Program-made: the position numbers and the translations under genes
NCBI GenBank assembly: GCA_040879175.1
Contig: JBBDKW010000017.1
Coordinates: 5,505-58,806, forward strand
Length of the DNA: 53,302 nt
Direction: 5' to 3'
Source: Candidatus Saccharimonadales bacterium
GTDB taxonomy: Bacteria > Patescibacteriota > Saccharimonadia > Saccharimonadales > UBA10212
Notes under the pieces: model-generated
What the model saw: the letters and a program-made list of their open reading frames with translations, nothing else
Told to the model about the DNA's origin: nothing
The model's database searches: none
Shown: piece by piece, positions 43,198 to 51,278 of the stretch
How positions within the stretch are numbered: the first letter of the stretch is position 1
How the letters are laid out: every line of letters begins with the position of its first letter

Positions 43198-43989
43198 ATG
43201 CCTGGAAGAGTTAAGCTGAACAACAGTGAGAAAATGCCGGCTTTTGGATTTGGGACGTGGAACCTGACGGGCAGTAAGTGCGTAGAGTCGACCGGCGAAG
43301 CTCTGAGGGTCGGCTACCGTCTGCTTGATACAGCCAGGATTTATGGTAACGAAACAGAAGTTGGCGAGGCTATTCGACAAAGTCCGATTCCACGAGAAGA
43401 TATTTTTATTACCACCAAGCTATGGCCTAATGATTTCGGCTACGAGACCGCGCTCAGGGCGTTTGATGAATCGCTGGAGAGGTTAATGCTCGAATATATT
43501 GATCTGTATCTCATACATTGGCCGCGCGATGACAAAGAGAAAAGGCAACAGTCTTGGCTAGCTCTTGTAGAGCTCGCCAAGCAGGGCCTAGCTAAGTCTA
43601 TAGGTGTATCTAACTACGGGATCGAGCATTTAGAAGAAACGCTAAACTCCGGGTTTGCTCCGGCAGTCAACCAGATAGAATTTCACCCCTATATTTATGA
43701 AGAGCAACGACCAATTCTAGAATTCTGTAAAAAGCACAGCATTATCGTTGAGGCTTACAGCCCACTGTCACAAGGCCATGGTTTAAATAGCATAACCGTT
43801 AGAGATATCTCTGAGCGGACAGGCAGGACACCAGCCCAGGTGGTATTGCGGTGGGCCGTCCAGCACGACACCATTCCGATCCCCAAGTCAGCACACGCCG
43901 AGAGAATAAGAGAGAATTTTAAGGTTTTTGACTTCGAGCTATCGACCGACGATATGAAAATGCTCGACGAGTTGTCGCTCACCCATTAG
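43198..43989 (+). CDS. Aldo/keto reductase (2,5-diketo-D-gluconate reductase-like)
   Basis: 263 aa. GFGTW, LDTARIYGNE, DLYLIHWP and IPKS are present. Confidence 0.9.
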   Translation: MPGRVKLNNSEKMPAFGFGTWNLTGSKCVESTGEALRVGYRLLDTARIYGNETEVGEAIRQSPIPREDIFITTKLWPNDFGYETALRAFDESLERLMLEYIDLYLIHWPRDDKEKRQQSWLALVELAKQGLAKSIGVSNYGIEHLEETLNSGFAPAVNQIEFHPYIYEEQRPILEFCKKHSIIVEAYSPLSQGHGLNSITVRDISERTGRTPAQVVLRWAVQHDTIPIPKSAHAERIRENFKVFDFELSTDDMKMLDELSLTH

Positions 43990-44151
43990 CTCAGAAGAAC
44001 GTTCCGCGCCGGGTCGCTCTCCGCTCGTAGGTAGAGCGAACTCGGGCTGCACTGCGCTTGATTCTTCCTCGCTAATAGGTTCGCTCCTAACCTACATCGG
44101 AAATGGTGAAAGGATAAGGGTAAAGGGCTATTTTGGTATAAAATAGCTTTA

Positions 44152-45426
44152 ATGCGCGAAGACACAAACAAAGCCTTTCCCAAAGATTTTTTGTGGGGTG
44201 CCAGCACCTCATCCCATCAGGTAGAAGGCGGCAACCACAACCAGTGGACTGTTTGGGAACTAGAAAACGCTGCCAGATTAGCTAAAACCGCCGGGAGAAG
44301 GATGGGTTGGCGCTGGAAAAGCCCCATTTGGGACGAGGTTATAAAACAAGCTAAAAACCCCGAAAACTATGTCAGCGGCCGCGGGGTAGAGCACTACAAG
44401 CTTTACAGACAGGATTTCGAACTCCTTAAAAGACTTAACCTAAACTCCTTTCGCTTCAGTATCGAGTGGTCGCGGATTGAACCTGAAGAAGGCCAGTGGG
44501 ATCAACAAGCGATTGACCATTACAAAAACTATATCGCCGAGCTAAAAAAGCAAGGCATAGAACCAATGTTAAACATCTGGCATTGGACTAATCCTATCTG
44601 GTTTGAGGCCAGGGGTGGCTTTAAGTACCGAAAGAATCTTAAGTACTTCAAACGGTTCGTACATCTAGTTGCCAAAGAGCTGACCCGAGACGTTAAATAC
44701 ATCATTACGATAAACGAACCAAATGTTTACACCAGCTTTAGCTATATGCTGGGCCTATGGCCCCCTCAGGAGAAAAACATCCTAAGTATGTTGAGAGTTT
44801 ACTTCAACCTAGTTGCGGCTCACCGGGACGCTTACTATACCCTTAAACTACAAAAGCCATCTCTAAAAATCGGCGTGGCTACCCAGCTGGCTAACATCCA
44901 GGCTAAGGACCCGCATAATCTGTCTGATGAGCTTTCCACCAAGATTATGCGCTATGCCTGGAACTGGTGGTACCTCCATCGCCTAAGAGGCGAGCAGGAC
45001 TTTGTGGGCATAAATTACTACTTCACCGATTATTACGATGGCTGGTTCAAGAGGAAGAATCCTTCGACACCTTTAAATGACAAGGGGTGGTATATGGAGC
45101 CGGAAGGGCTGTACCCACTTCTTTTGCGCGCCTGGGCACATTACGGCAAGCCTATTATCGTAACAGAGAACGGGGTGGCTGATATGCACGACCAATACCG
45201 CCGATGGTGGATTGAGGAAACTATTGTGGCGATGGAAAGGGCCATAAGCGAAGGAGTAAAAATCAAAGGTTATTTCCACTGGAGTTTGCTCGATAATTTT
45301 GAATGGGAAGAAGGTTGGTGGCCAAAATTCGGGCTGGTAGAGGTTAAAAGACACCACGGAATGAAGCGGGTAATCCGTCCCAGCGCCAGATGGTTCGCCG
45401 CTAAGATAAAAAAACTTTCAGGCTAG
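44152..45426 (+). CDS. GH1 beta-glucosidase / 6-phospho-beta-glycosidase family
   Basis: 424 aa. FLWGASTSSHQVEG, acid/base TINEPN and nucleophile VTENGVAD are present. Confidence 0.9.
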   Translation: MREDTNKAFPKDFLWGASTSSHQVEGGNHNQWTVWELENAARLAKTAGRRMGWRWKSPIWDEVIKQAKNPENYVSGRGVEHYKLYRQDFELLKRLNLNSFRFSIEWSRIEPEEGQWDQQAIDHYKNYIAELKKQGIEPMLNIWHWTNPIWFEARGGFKYRKNLKYFKRFVHLVAKELTRDVKYIITINEPNVYTSFSYMLGLWPPQEKNILSMLRVYFNLVAAHRDAYYTLKLQKPSLKIGVATQLANIQAKDPHNLSDELSTKIMRYAWNWWYLHRLRGEQDFVGINYYFTDYYDGWFKRKNPSTPLNDKGWYMEPEGLYPLLLRAWAHYGKPIIVTENGVADMHDQYRRWWIEETIVAMERAISEGVKIKGYFHWSLLDNFEWEEGWWPKFGLVEVKRHHGMKRVIRPSARWFAAKIKKLSG

Positions 45427-45456
45427 GCCTTCCGCCAAACTAGGGTGCTCGCGGCC

Positions 45457-45484
45457 TAACAACTATAAACTAACAACTATAAAC
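45457..45484. repeat. Tandem 14-bp direct repeat (TAACAACTATAAAC x2) just upstream of a promoter
   Basis: Exact copies lie at 45457-45470 and 45471-45484, 10 nt upstream of the -35 box. Confidence 0.8.
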
Positions 45485-45494
45485 TAATATAACC

Positions 45495-45523
45495 TTGACC
45501 TTTTTAACAATCTGTGTTAATAT
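45495..45523 (+). promoter_or_regulatory. Sigma70-like promoter; the start codon lies 9 nt after the -10 box (leaderless or near-leaderless)
   Basis: TTGACC (45495-45500), a 17-nt spacer, then TAATAT (45518-45523). ATG is at 45533 with no SD. Confidence 0.6.
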
Positions 45524-45532
45524 ACAAAAGTT

Positions 45533-46003
45533 ATGCCAAAAAACCATAACCGTTACAATAAGAAATCCGAAAAAATAATGCTTGCCGGAGCATTGCTTGG
45601 TGCTATTGCCCTAGGAGGTACTTCCGAAGGTCGTGAGCTGGTTAGTAATGCTTATAATCCTGATAAACAGCCAGTTCGGACTCAGAAATTCGAGAATGTT
45701 GGTCCGCATGGCGCTACTGTATTTGAAAAAATCGGCGATCAAGAAGACAGCGACCCGACACTTTTACTTAGATATGATCATATAAAAGATAGGGGAGTGT
45801 TTGGCTTCGCCGATAGACACCTCCAGGGAGATCCACGTGAACATTTAGACGAGCTCCGAGCGCAACTACCTGAAGATGCTCAAGAGAGGTATGATGTACC
45901 TGATGGTTTCGAATTCCAAGTTAAGGCCTCTGAACTTGATGATCCGGGGGATCCCGAAATATCTGGCCTAGCACCAGAAAAGCCTAGCGCTCAAAACGAG
46001 TAA
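45533..46003 (+). CDS. Hypothetical membrane-anchored acidic protein
   Basis: 156-aa ORF with an N-terminal TM helix (IMLAGALLGAIALGG). A terminator lies downstream. Confidence 0.55.
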   Translation: MPKNHNRYNKKSEKIMLAGALLGAIALGGTSEGRELVSNAYNPDKQPVRTQKFENVGPHGATVFEKIGDQEDSDPTLLLRYDHIKDRGVFGFADRHLQGDPREHLDELRAQLPEDAQERYDVPDGFEFQVKASELDDPGDPEISGLAPEKPSAQNE

Positions 46004-46050
46004 GCCTACACCATATATTGTGCTATAAGTGTGAATCGGAACAGATGTGG

Positions 46051-46078
46051 AAAAGTGGTTGCTGAGGCGACCACTTTT
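46051..46078 (+). terminator. Terminator-like hairpin
   Basis: AAAAGTGGT-tgctgaggcg-ACCACTTTT. Confidence 0.5.
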
Positions 46079-46098
46079 AATTTATAAAACACTTGCTT

Positions 46099-46146
46099 GT
46101 GGGTAGGGATGGGTAGTATATTCAGCTCAGTGGGTAATTGTGGGTA
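46099..46146 (+). promoter_or_regulatory. Four direct (G)TGGGTA boxes overlapping the mraZ promoter: probable MraZ operator
   Basis: Boxes start at 46100, 46110, 46131 and 46141 (spacings 10, 21 and 10 bp). They straddle -35 TTGCTT (46093-46098) and -10 TATATT (46117-46122). Confidence 0.65.
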
Positions 46147-46202
46147 GTCCAAAATAGACTACTCACCAAAAACAAAAAAACCACTATCAATTAAGGAGAC
46201 CC

Positions 46203-46565
46203 ATGGGAGATTACTTCGAACGAAAGCTCGACGACAAACGGCGGTTGACCTTACCGCCCGAACTTCGCGCCGAGTTTGCCAGCGGGGTAGTACTTACCCG
46301 GGGTTTTAAAAACTATCTGCATCTATATCCCAAGTCCATCTGGGACGAACAAGTCGAGCCGCAGCTAACGGGGAATATCCTCGACGAAGCTACGGCTGAT
46401 TTGAATGTGCGCTTCCGAATGGGCAAGACCGACGGGGGTATAGACCAGAAGCAGGGCCGGATTACCATCGAGCAGCACCTGTTAGATTGGGCGGGTATTG
46501 ACCGCGATATCACAGGGGTGCGAGCCGGTAAGTACTGGCGGCTGATGGGTAAACGCCCACTGTAG
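46203..46565 (+). CDS. mraZ: Transcriptional regulator MraZ (short form)
   Basis: 120 aa. SD is AAGGAGA. Two SpoVT/AbrB-like halves carry the DxxxR motif (LDDKRRLTLP and IDQKQGRITI). It sits at the head of the dcw cluster. Confidence 0.8.
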   Translation: MGDYFERKLDDKRRLTLPPELRAEFASGVVLTRGFKNYLHLYPKSIWDEQVEPQLTGNILDEATADLNVRFRMGKTDGGIDQKQGRITIEQHLLDWAGIDRDITGVRAGKYWRLMGKRPL

Positions 46566-46788
46566 GATAGGCCTTTCGCAGCTTAACAACCAGGCAGAAA
46601 GTTGATCATTTTCGAAGTCAGCTATTCGGCAGCCAGCCGGTGGTAATTTGAGGTCCATCGTAAAAATAAGACCTTCGCACCTTTTCGCTCCAATAACACC
46701 TCCCAAAACTCCACCTCACAAAGTCTCTCACAAAGAACTTTAGAGCCTAGTGGCAAGTCCGCTTACCCCGGACGCGCCCTAAGCTCCC

Positions 46789-46812
46789 AAAAACCCTGCA
46801 CACTGTGTAGGG
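46789..46812 (-). terminator. Intrinsic terminator on the - strand inside the mraZ-rsmH gap
   Basis: The - strand reads CCCTACAC-agt-GTGCAGGG followed by TTTTT. Confidence 0.5.
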
Positions 46813-46895
46813 CAAACAAAAACAAAAACTCACGTAAAAACAAAAAGTTGGCTGCTGATTAGCTGGTCTCGAAAAACCAAAAAGGAAGAAAAGGC

Positions 46896-46985
46896 CTCCG
46901 GAAGAGCAGCCCGACAAAATGTGAACCATTTTGCCGGCGCGATGAGAAACTCGCGATGCGAGGTGTCTCATAAGACCGAAGGCCG
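46896..46985 (-). repeat. Structured intergenic repeat, copy C (subtype 1, full length)
   Basis: Its reverse complement begins CGGCCTTCGGTCTTATGAGACACC... and contains the same 47-nt block as copy A. It ends 10 nt from the rsmH ATG. Confidence 0.8.
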
Positions 46986-46994
46986 CAAACAAAA

Positions 46995-47870
46995 ATGAAC
47001 CAGCAAAAAAACATACACCAACCAGTTCTGCTTAAAGAAGTGCTCGACTATTTACAGCCGAAGCACAGCGAGTCGTATCTGGATGTGACAGCCGGCTACG
47101 GCGGTCATGCTGAGGCGGTTCTGGCCCGGAGTGGCACTCCGAAAGCCGTCTTGGTTGATCGCGACAGCGAGGCAATCGAGGCGCTGAAGAAGCGTTTTGC
47201 CAAACCGGGAGCCAAAATTGTCCATCAAGACTTTCTGACCGCATCCAGAGAGTTGGCCCGCGAAGGCAGGCGATTCGATATGATTTTGGCAGATCTGGGT
47301 GTAAGTTCACCGCACCTTGAAAGCGCTACTCGGGGATTTTCTATAAAAAGCCCGGGGCCGCTAGATATGAGAATGGACAGACGGCAGCAGTTAACCGCTG
47401 ACCAAATCGTAAATAGCGCCAGCGAGGCCGAGCTTGCCAGGATATTAACCGAGTACGGCGAGGAACCGAAAGCGCGCCAAATCGCTCGGCGGATAATTGC
47501 GGCGCGCCCGGTTAAAAGCACCAGCCAACTGGCTGCCTTAGTGGCCAGGGCTTGGCACGGCAAGAGCCGGATCCATCCGGCTACCCGCGTGTTTCAAGCT
47601 CTTAGAATTGCCGTCAATGACGAATTAAACCAGCTTGGGCTGTCGCTGCCTATCTGGCTTGAGCTTTTGGCACCCGGTGGCCGGCTGGCGGTCATTAGCT
47701 TCCATAGTCTGGAAGACCGACTGGTCAAGCGATTTTTGGCCGAGCACCAGGCCGCTGAATACGGTGGCCAGCTGAGAATCCTGACCAAAAAGCCGGTTGT
47801 TGCGAGGGATGAAGAAATCGTTTCCAATCCGCGGGCACGCAGCGCCAAGCTGCGGGCCGCAGTAAAATAA
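46995..47870 (+). CDS. rsmH: 16S rRNA (cytosine1402-N4)-methyltransferase RsmH
   Basis: 291 aa. HQPVLLKEVLDYL, DVTAGYGGHA, DLGVSSPHL, SFHSLEDR and NPRARSAKLR are present. Confidence 0.93.
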   Translation: MNQQKNIHQPVLLKEVLDYLQPKHSESYLDVTAGYGGHAEAVLARSGTPKAVLVDRDSEAIEALKKRFAKPGAKIVHQDFLTASRELAREGRRFDMILADLGVSSPHLESATRGFSIKSPGPLDMRMDRRQQLTADQIVNSASEAELARILTEYGEEPKARQIARRIIAARPVKSTSQLAALVARAWHGKSRIHPATRVFQALRIAVNDELNQLGLSLPIWLELLAPGGRLAVISFHSLEDRLVKRFLAEHQAAEYGGQLRILTKKPVVARDEEIVSNPRARSAKLRAAVK

Positions 47871-47989
47871 ACACCAAAAGAAAGGATCGAAGGAAAGCTC
47901 AAAATGCCTATTAAGGTACAGAGCCAATCCCGGGCTTACAAGATCCAGGTTAGGGTGGTAAGAGCCCCATAACCAAAAATCTCGGGAAA

Positions 47990-48020
47990 CCCCGCCTGCT
48001 AGCATCGCTAGCTGGCGGGG
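47990..48020. other. 14-bp GC-rich hairpin between rsmH and ftsL
   Basis: CCCCGCCtGCTAGC-atc-GCTAGCtGGCGGGG with a single T-T mismatch. No T-run follows on the + strand. Confidence 0.5.
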
Positions 48021-48038
48021 GACCATAAAACAAAAAAT

Positions 48039-48386
48039 ATGACATATTCAAGTTCAATCGCCGCCAGCCGCAGAGGCCTGCGCGTGCGTCGCAATCAAAA
48101 CAGCGTGGCCTTTATCAAAAGGGGTAAGGCTTTGGGGCCAATCAGCAACACCGTGGTTTTGATTATCCTGGGCTGCTTGATAGGACTGCTTTATCTAACG
48201 CAAGTGACCAAAACCAACTCTTTTGGCTACGAAATCAACAAGCTCAAAGAAGAGCAGTTGCAGCTTAAGAGCCAAAAGACCAACCTCGAGATACAATCGG
48301 CCCGTCTGCAATCGTTCGACAGGATCGCTTCCAGCCCAAAGGCCAAAGACCTGGTATCGGTTGCGCCTTCAGGCTCGATTCAATAG
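48039..48386 (+). CDS. ftsL: FtsL-like cell division protein
   Basis: 115 aa with one TM helix (VVLIILGCLIGLLYL) followed by a coiled coil (INKLKEEQLQLKSQKTNLEIQ). Its position is between rsmH and ftsI. Confidence 0.6.
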   Translation: MTYSSSIAASRRGLRVRRNQNSVAFIKRGKALGPISNTVVLIILGCLIGLLYLTQVTKTNSFGYEINKLKEEQLQLKSQKTNLEIQSARLQSFDRIASSPKAKDLVSVAPSGSIQ

Positions 48387-48398
48387 GCTGCCAAGCTG

Positions 48399-50195
48399 AT
48401 GCCGCCAAACTTGCCGCTTAGGCGAAAGCCAGTTGATTTGTTTGCTAATCGGCGTCTTAAAGTATGGTACGCCGTACTTATTTTTATACTGGTTGTCTTT
48501 ATTGCCCGGTTGTTCTATTTACAGATAATCCGTAATGATTATTACCAGTCAGCCGCCCAGGCCACCCAGCTTAAAGAATACGAAATTCCGGCTGAGCGCG
48601 GTGTGATTAAGGCCTTCGAAAACGATTCGACCGTGCCGCTGGTTCTTAATCAGAAGCTTTATACCTTGTTTGCCGATCCGCTGTTTATCAAAGATGCCGA
48701 GGCGGCTGCCACCGAGTTGGCAGGTATCACCAAGGATGATGCCGCGGCTTATGCTAAAGCTATACGCACACCCAACACCCGTTACGTTATTTTGGCTAAG
48801 AGACTGAGCGAAGAGCAAAAAGCCCAAGTCGTGGCCCTTAAACTACCGGGAATCGGCACTCAAGGCCAGGACTACCGAGTCTACGCCCAGGGTTCGCTGG
48901 CATCGCAAATGCTCGGCTTTGTAAATAATGACGGAGAAGGCAAATACGGCGTTGAGCAGGCTCTTAATTCAATGCTTGCCGGATCGCCGGGCAGGCTCAA
49001 AGCAGTCACCGATGCCGCCGGAGTGCCTCTCGCGGCTTCCAAAGACAACATCGAAATAGCCCCTAAAAACGGCAGCGACATCATTTTAACTATCGATGTC
49101 GGGATGCAAAAACAACTGGAAACCTTACTAAAGGCCGGCTTGGACCGTGCCAAAAGTGCCTCTGGCAGCGCCCTAATCCTAGACCCATACAGCGGTGCGG
49201 TTAAGGCTATGACCAATTGGCCAACATATAACCCGGCGGAGTTCTTCAAGGTCTCGGATCAGAATCTGTTTAATAACACCAGCGTGAGCTCGCCACTGGA
49301 AGTCGGCTCATCGATGAAAACTCTTACCGCAGCGGCGGCACTGGACCTCGGGGTGGTTAAACCAGATACTTCGTACTACGACCCTGGGAAGTGGCGGCTC
49401 GATGAGCACGACATCACCAATATCGAAGAAATCGGTGGCCCGGGCAGCCACACGGTGGCTGACATTCTTAATCGCTCAATCAACACCGGCGCAACCTGGC
49501 TGCTGATGCAGATGGGTGGTGAAACCGGCACGGTAAACAAACAGGCGCGAGAACGTTGGCACGATTATATGGTTAATCGCTATAGGTTGGGTAAGCCGAC
49601 CGGCATAGAACAAGGCTACGAAGCTAGCGGGTCGATTCCAGACCCCAACCAGGGCTTTGCCCTGCAACTGACGTATGCTAATACTGCCTTCGGCCAGGCG
49701 ATGACCGCCACGCCATTGCAGATGGCAGCCGCACTGGCCAGCGTTATAAACGGCGGGACGTACTATCAACCGCGGCTTATAGATAAGGTCGTTAGTCCCA
49801 GTGGCGACACCGAGGCTAAAAAGCCGAAAGTAGTGCGTACGGGTGTGATCGCGGCTCGAGCCAGCAAAGACATACGCGGGCTACTGGCTTATGCTGTTCG
49901 CCAGCATTACCTCAACGGCTTCTCGTATTTGAACTTCTCGAGCAACTATGAAGTCGGCGGCAAGACCGGCACCGCCCAGATTGCAAATCCGGCCGGGGGC
50001 TACTATGAAGACCGGTTTAACGGTACATATATCGGCTACGTTGGCGGTGATAAGCCCGAGTATGTGGTGGTGGTCCGTGTCAACCAGCCAAAAATCTACG
50101 GTTACGCCGGCAGCCAAGCGGCCCAGCCGTTGTTTGCCGATATTGTCCATATGCTGATAAACAACTTTAATGTGTCACCGAAATCAGGCCGCTAG
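48399..50195 (+). CDS. ftsI: Class B penicillin-binding protein / peptidoglycan D,D-transpeptidase FtsI
   Basis: 598 aa with an N-terminal TM helix. SxxK (GSSMKT), SxN (RSINTG) and KTGT (GGKTGTA) are present. Confidence 0.9.
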   Translation: MPPNLPLRRKPVDLFANRRLKVWYAVLIFILVVFIARLFYLQIIRNDYYQSAAQATQLKEYEIPAERGVIKAFENDSTVPLVLNQKLYTLFADPLFIKDAEAAATELAGITKDDAAAYAKAIRTPNTRYVILAKRLSEEQKAQVVALKLPGIGTQGQDYRVYAQGSLASQMLGFVNNDGEGKYGVEQALNSMLAGSPGRLKAVTDAAGVPLAASKDNIEIAPKNGSDIILTIDVGMQKQLETLLKAGLDRAKSASGSALILDPYSGAVKAMTNWPTYNPAEFFKVSDQNLFNNTSVSSPLEVGSSMKTLTAAAALDLGVVKPDTSYYDPGKWRLDEHDITNIEEIGGPGSHTVADILNRSINTGATWLLMQMGGETGTVNKQARERWHDYMVNRYRLGKPTGIEQGYEASGSIPDPNQGFALQLTYANTAFGQAMTATPLQMAAALASVINGGTYYQPRLIDKVVSPSGDTEAKKPKVVRTGVIAARASKDIRGLLAYAVRQHYLNGFSYLNFSSNYEVGGKTGTAQIANPAGGYYEDRFNGTYIGYVGGDKPEYVVVVRVNQPKIYGYAGSQAAQPLFADIVHMLINNFNVSPKSGR

Positions 50196-50240
50196 GTGTT
50201 ATTCAGTGATATAATTGGGGAGATTGGCTAAAAAACACAC

Positions 50241-51278
50241 ATGGATGGCTTACTGATTTTTCTCGACTCCGCAACGATTGAAAAGATTTTTATCCTAGGC
50301 TTCTTGAGCTTTATTGTCACGATGGCTCTGACGCCGATTTACACCACCGCCGCTTTTGCCGGACAGTGGTGGAAAAAAGCCCGGGCGAATTCTATTACTG
50401 GTGAAGCCGCTAAAGTCTATACCAAGCTGCACGCTGCCAAACACGCCCGTAATATACCGACAATGGCCGGAATGGTGTTTGTCTTGGCAGTGGCTTTAGT
50501 CACGCTCTTCGGTAACTTGAGCCGCTCTGAAACCTGGTTGCCGCTGGCAGCTATGGTCGGGGCAGGGGCTATCGGATTAATTGATGACGTTATCAACGTC
50601 CGCGGCATCGGCGGTAATATCGCCGGTATGCGCGCCAAGATGAAACTCCTGCTGCTGCTCGGCATATCTTTAATCGGCGGCTGGTGGTTCTTTGCTAAAT
50701 TAGGGGTTACCGATATCCATATTCCATTTGTTGGCGCTTTCGAAATCGGATGGCTGATTATCCCGCTGTTCGTTCTAGTCATTATTGCGACTGCCAACGC
50801 CGTCAATATTACCGACGGCCTGGACGGTTTAGCCGGTGGGCTCTCAGCGATTGCGTTTGGGGCCTATGCCCTGATTGCCGTTATCGAAGGCAAATACGGC
50901 ATAGCCGGTTTTTGCATGGCGATTGTCGGTGCGCTGCTTAGTTATACTTGGTTCAACATCTATCCGGCGCGTTTCTTTATGGGCGATGTCGGCTCGTTTG
51001 CCTTGGGTACGGCTCTTGGAGTGGTAGCCATTCTGACAGATACCGTGCTGCTTCTGCCGCTGATCGGCGCGGTTTTTGTAATTGAAACAGGCTCGGTAAT
51101 TTTACAAATAATCAGTAAACGGCTGCGCGGCAAGAAGATTTTCTTATCCAGTCCCATCCACCATCATTTTGAGGCCATAGGCTGGCCGGAGACCAAAGTC
51201 ACTATGAGGTTTTGGATTGTCGGCGAAGTGGCGGCTCTGGTTGGCATAATAACCTTCATTTTGGGCGGCCCCCTATGA
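50241..51278 (+). CDS. mraY: Phospho-N-acetylmuramoyl-pentapeptide transferase MraY
   Basis: 345 aa, polytopic. NAVNITDGLDGLAGG, MGDVGS and PIHHHFE are present. Confidence 0.95.
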   Translation: MDGLLIFLDSATIEKIFILGFLSFIVTMALTPIYTTAAFAGQWWKKARANSITGEAAKVYTKLHAAKHARNIPTMAGMVFVLAVALVTLFGNLSRSETWLPLAAMVGAGAIGLIDDVINVRGIGGNIAGMRAKMKLLLLLGISLIGGWWFFAKLGVTDIHIPFVGAFEIGWLIIPLFVLVIIATANAVNITDGLDGLAGGLSAIAFGAYALIAVIEGKYGIAGFCMAIVGALLSYTWFNIYPARFFMGDVGSFALGTALGVVAILTDTVLLLPLIGAVFVIETGSVILQIISKRLRGKKIFLSSPIHHHFEAIGWPETKVTMRFWIVGEVAALVGIITFILGGPL

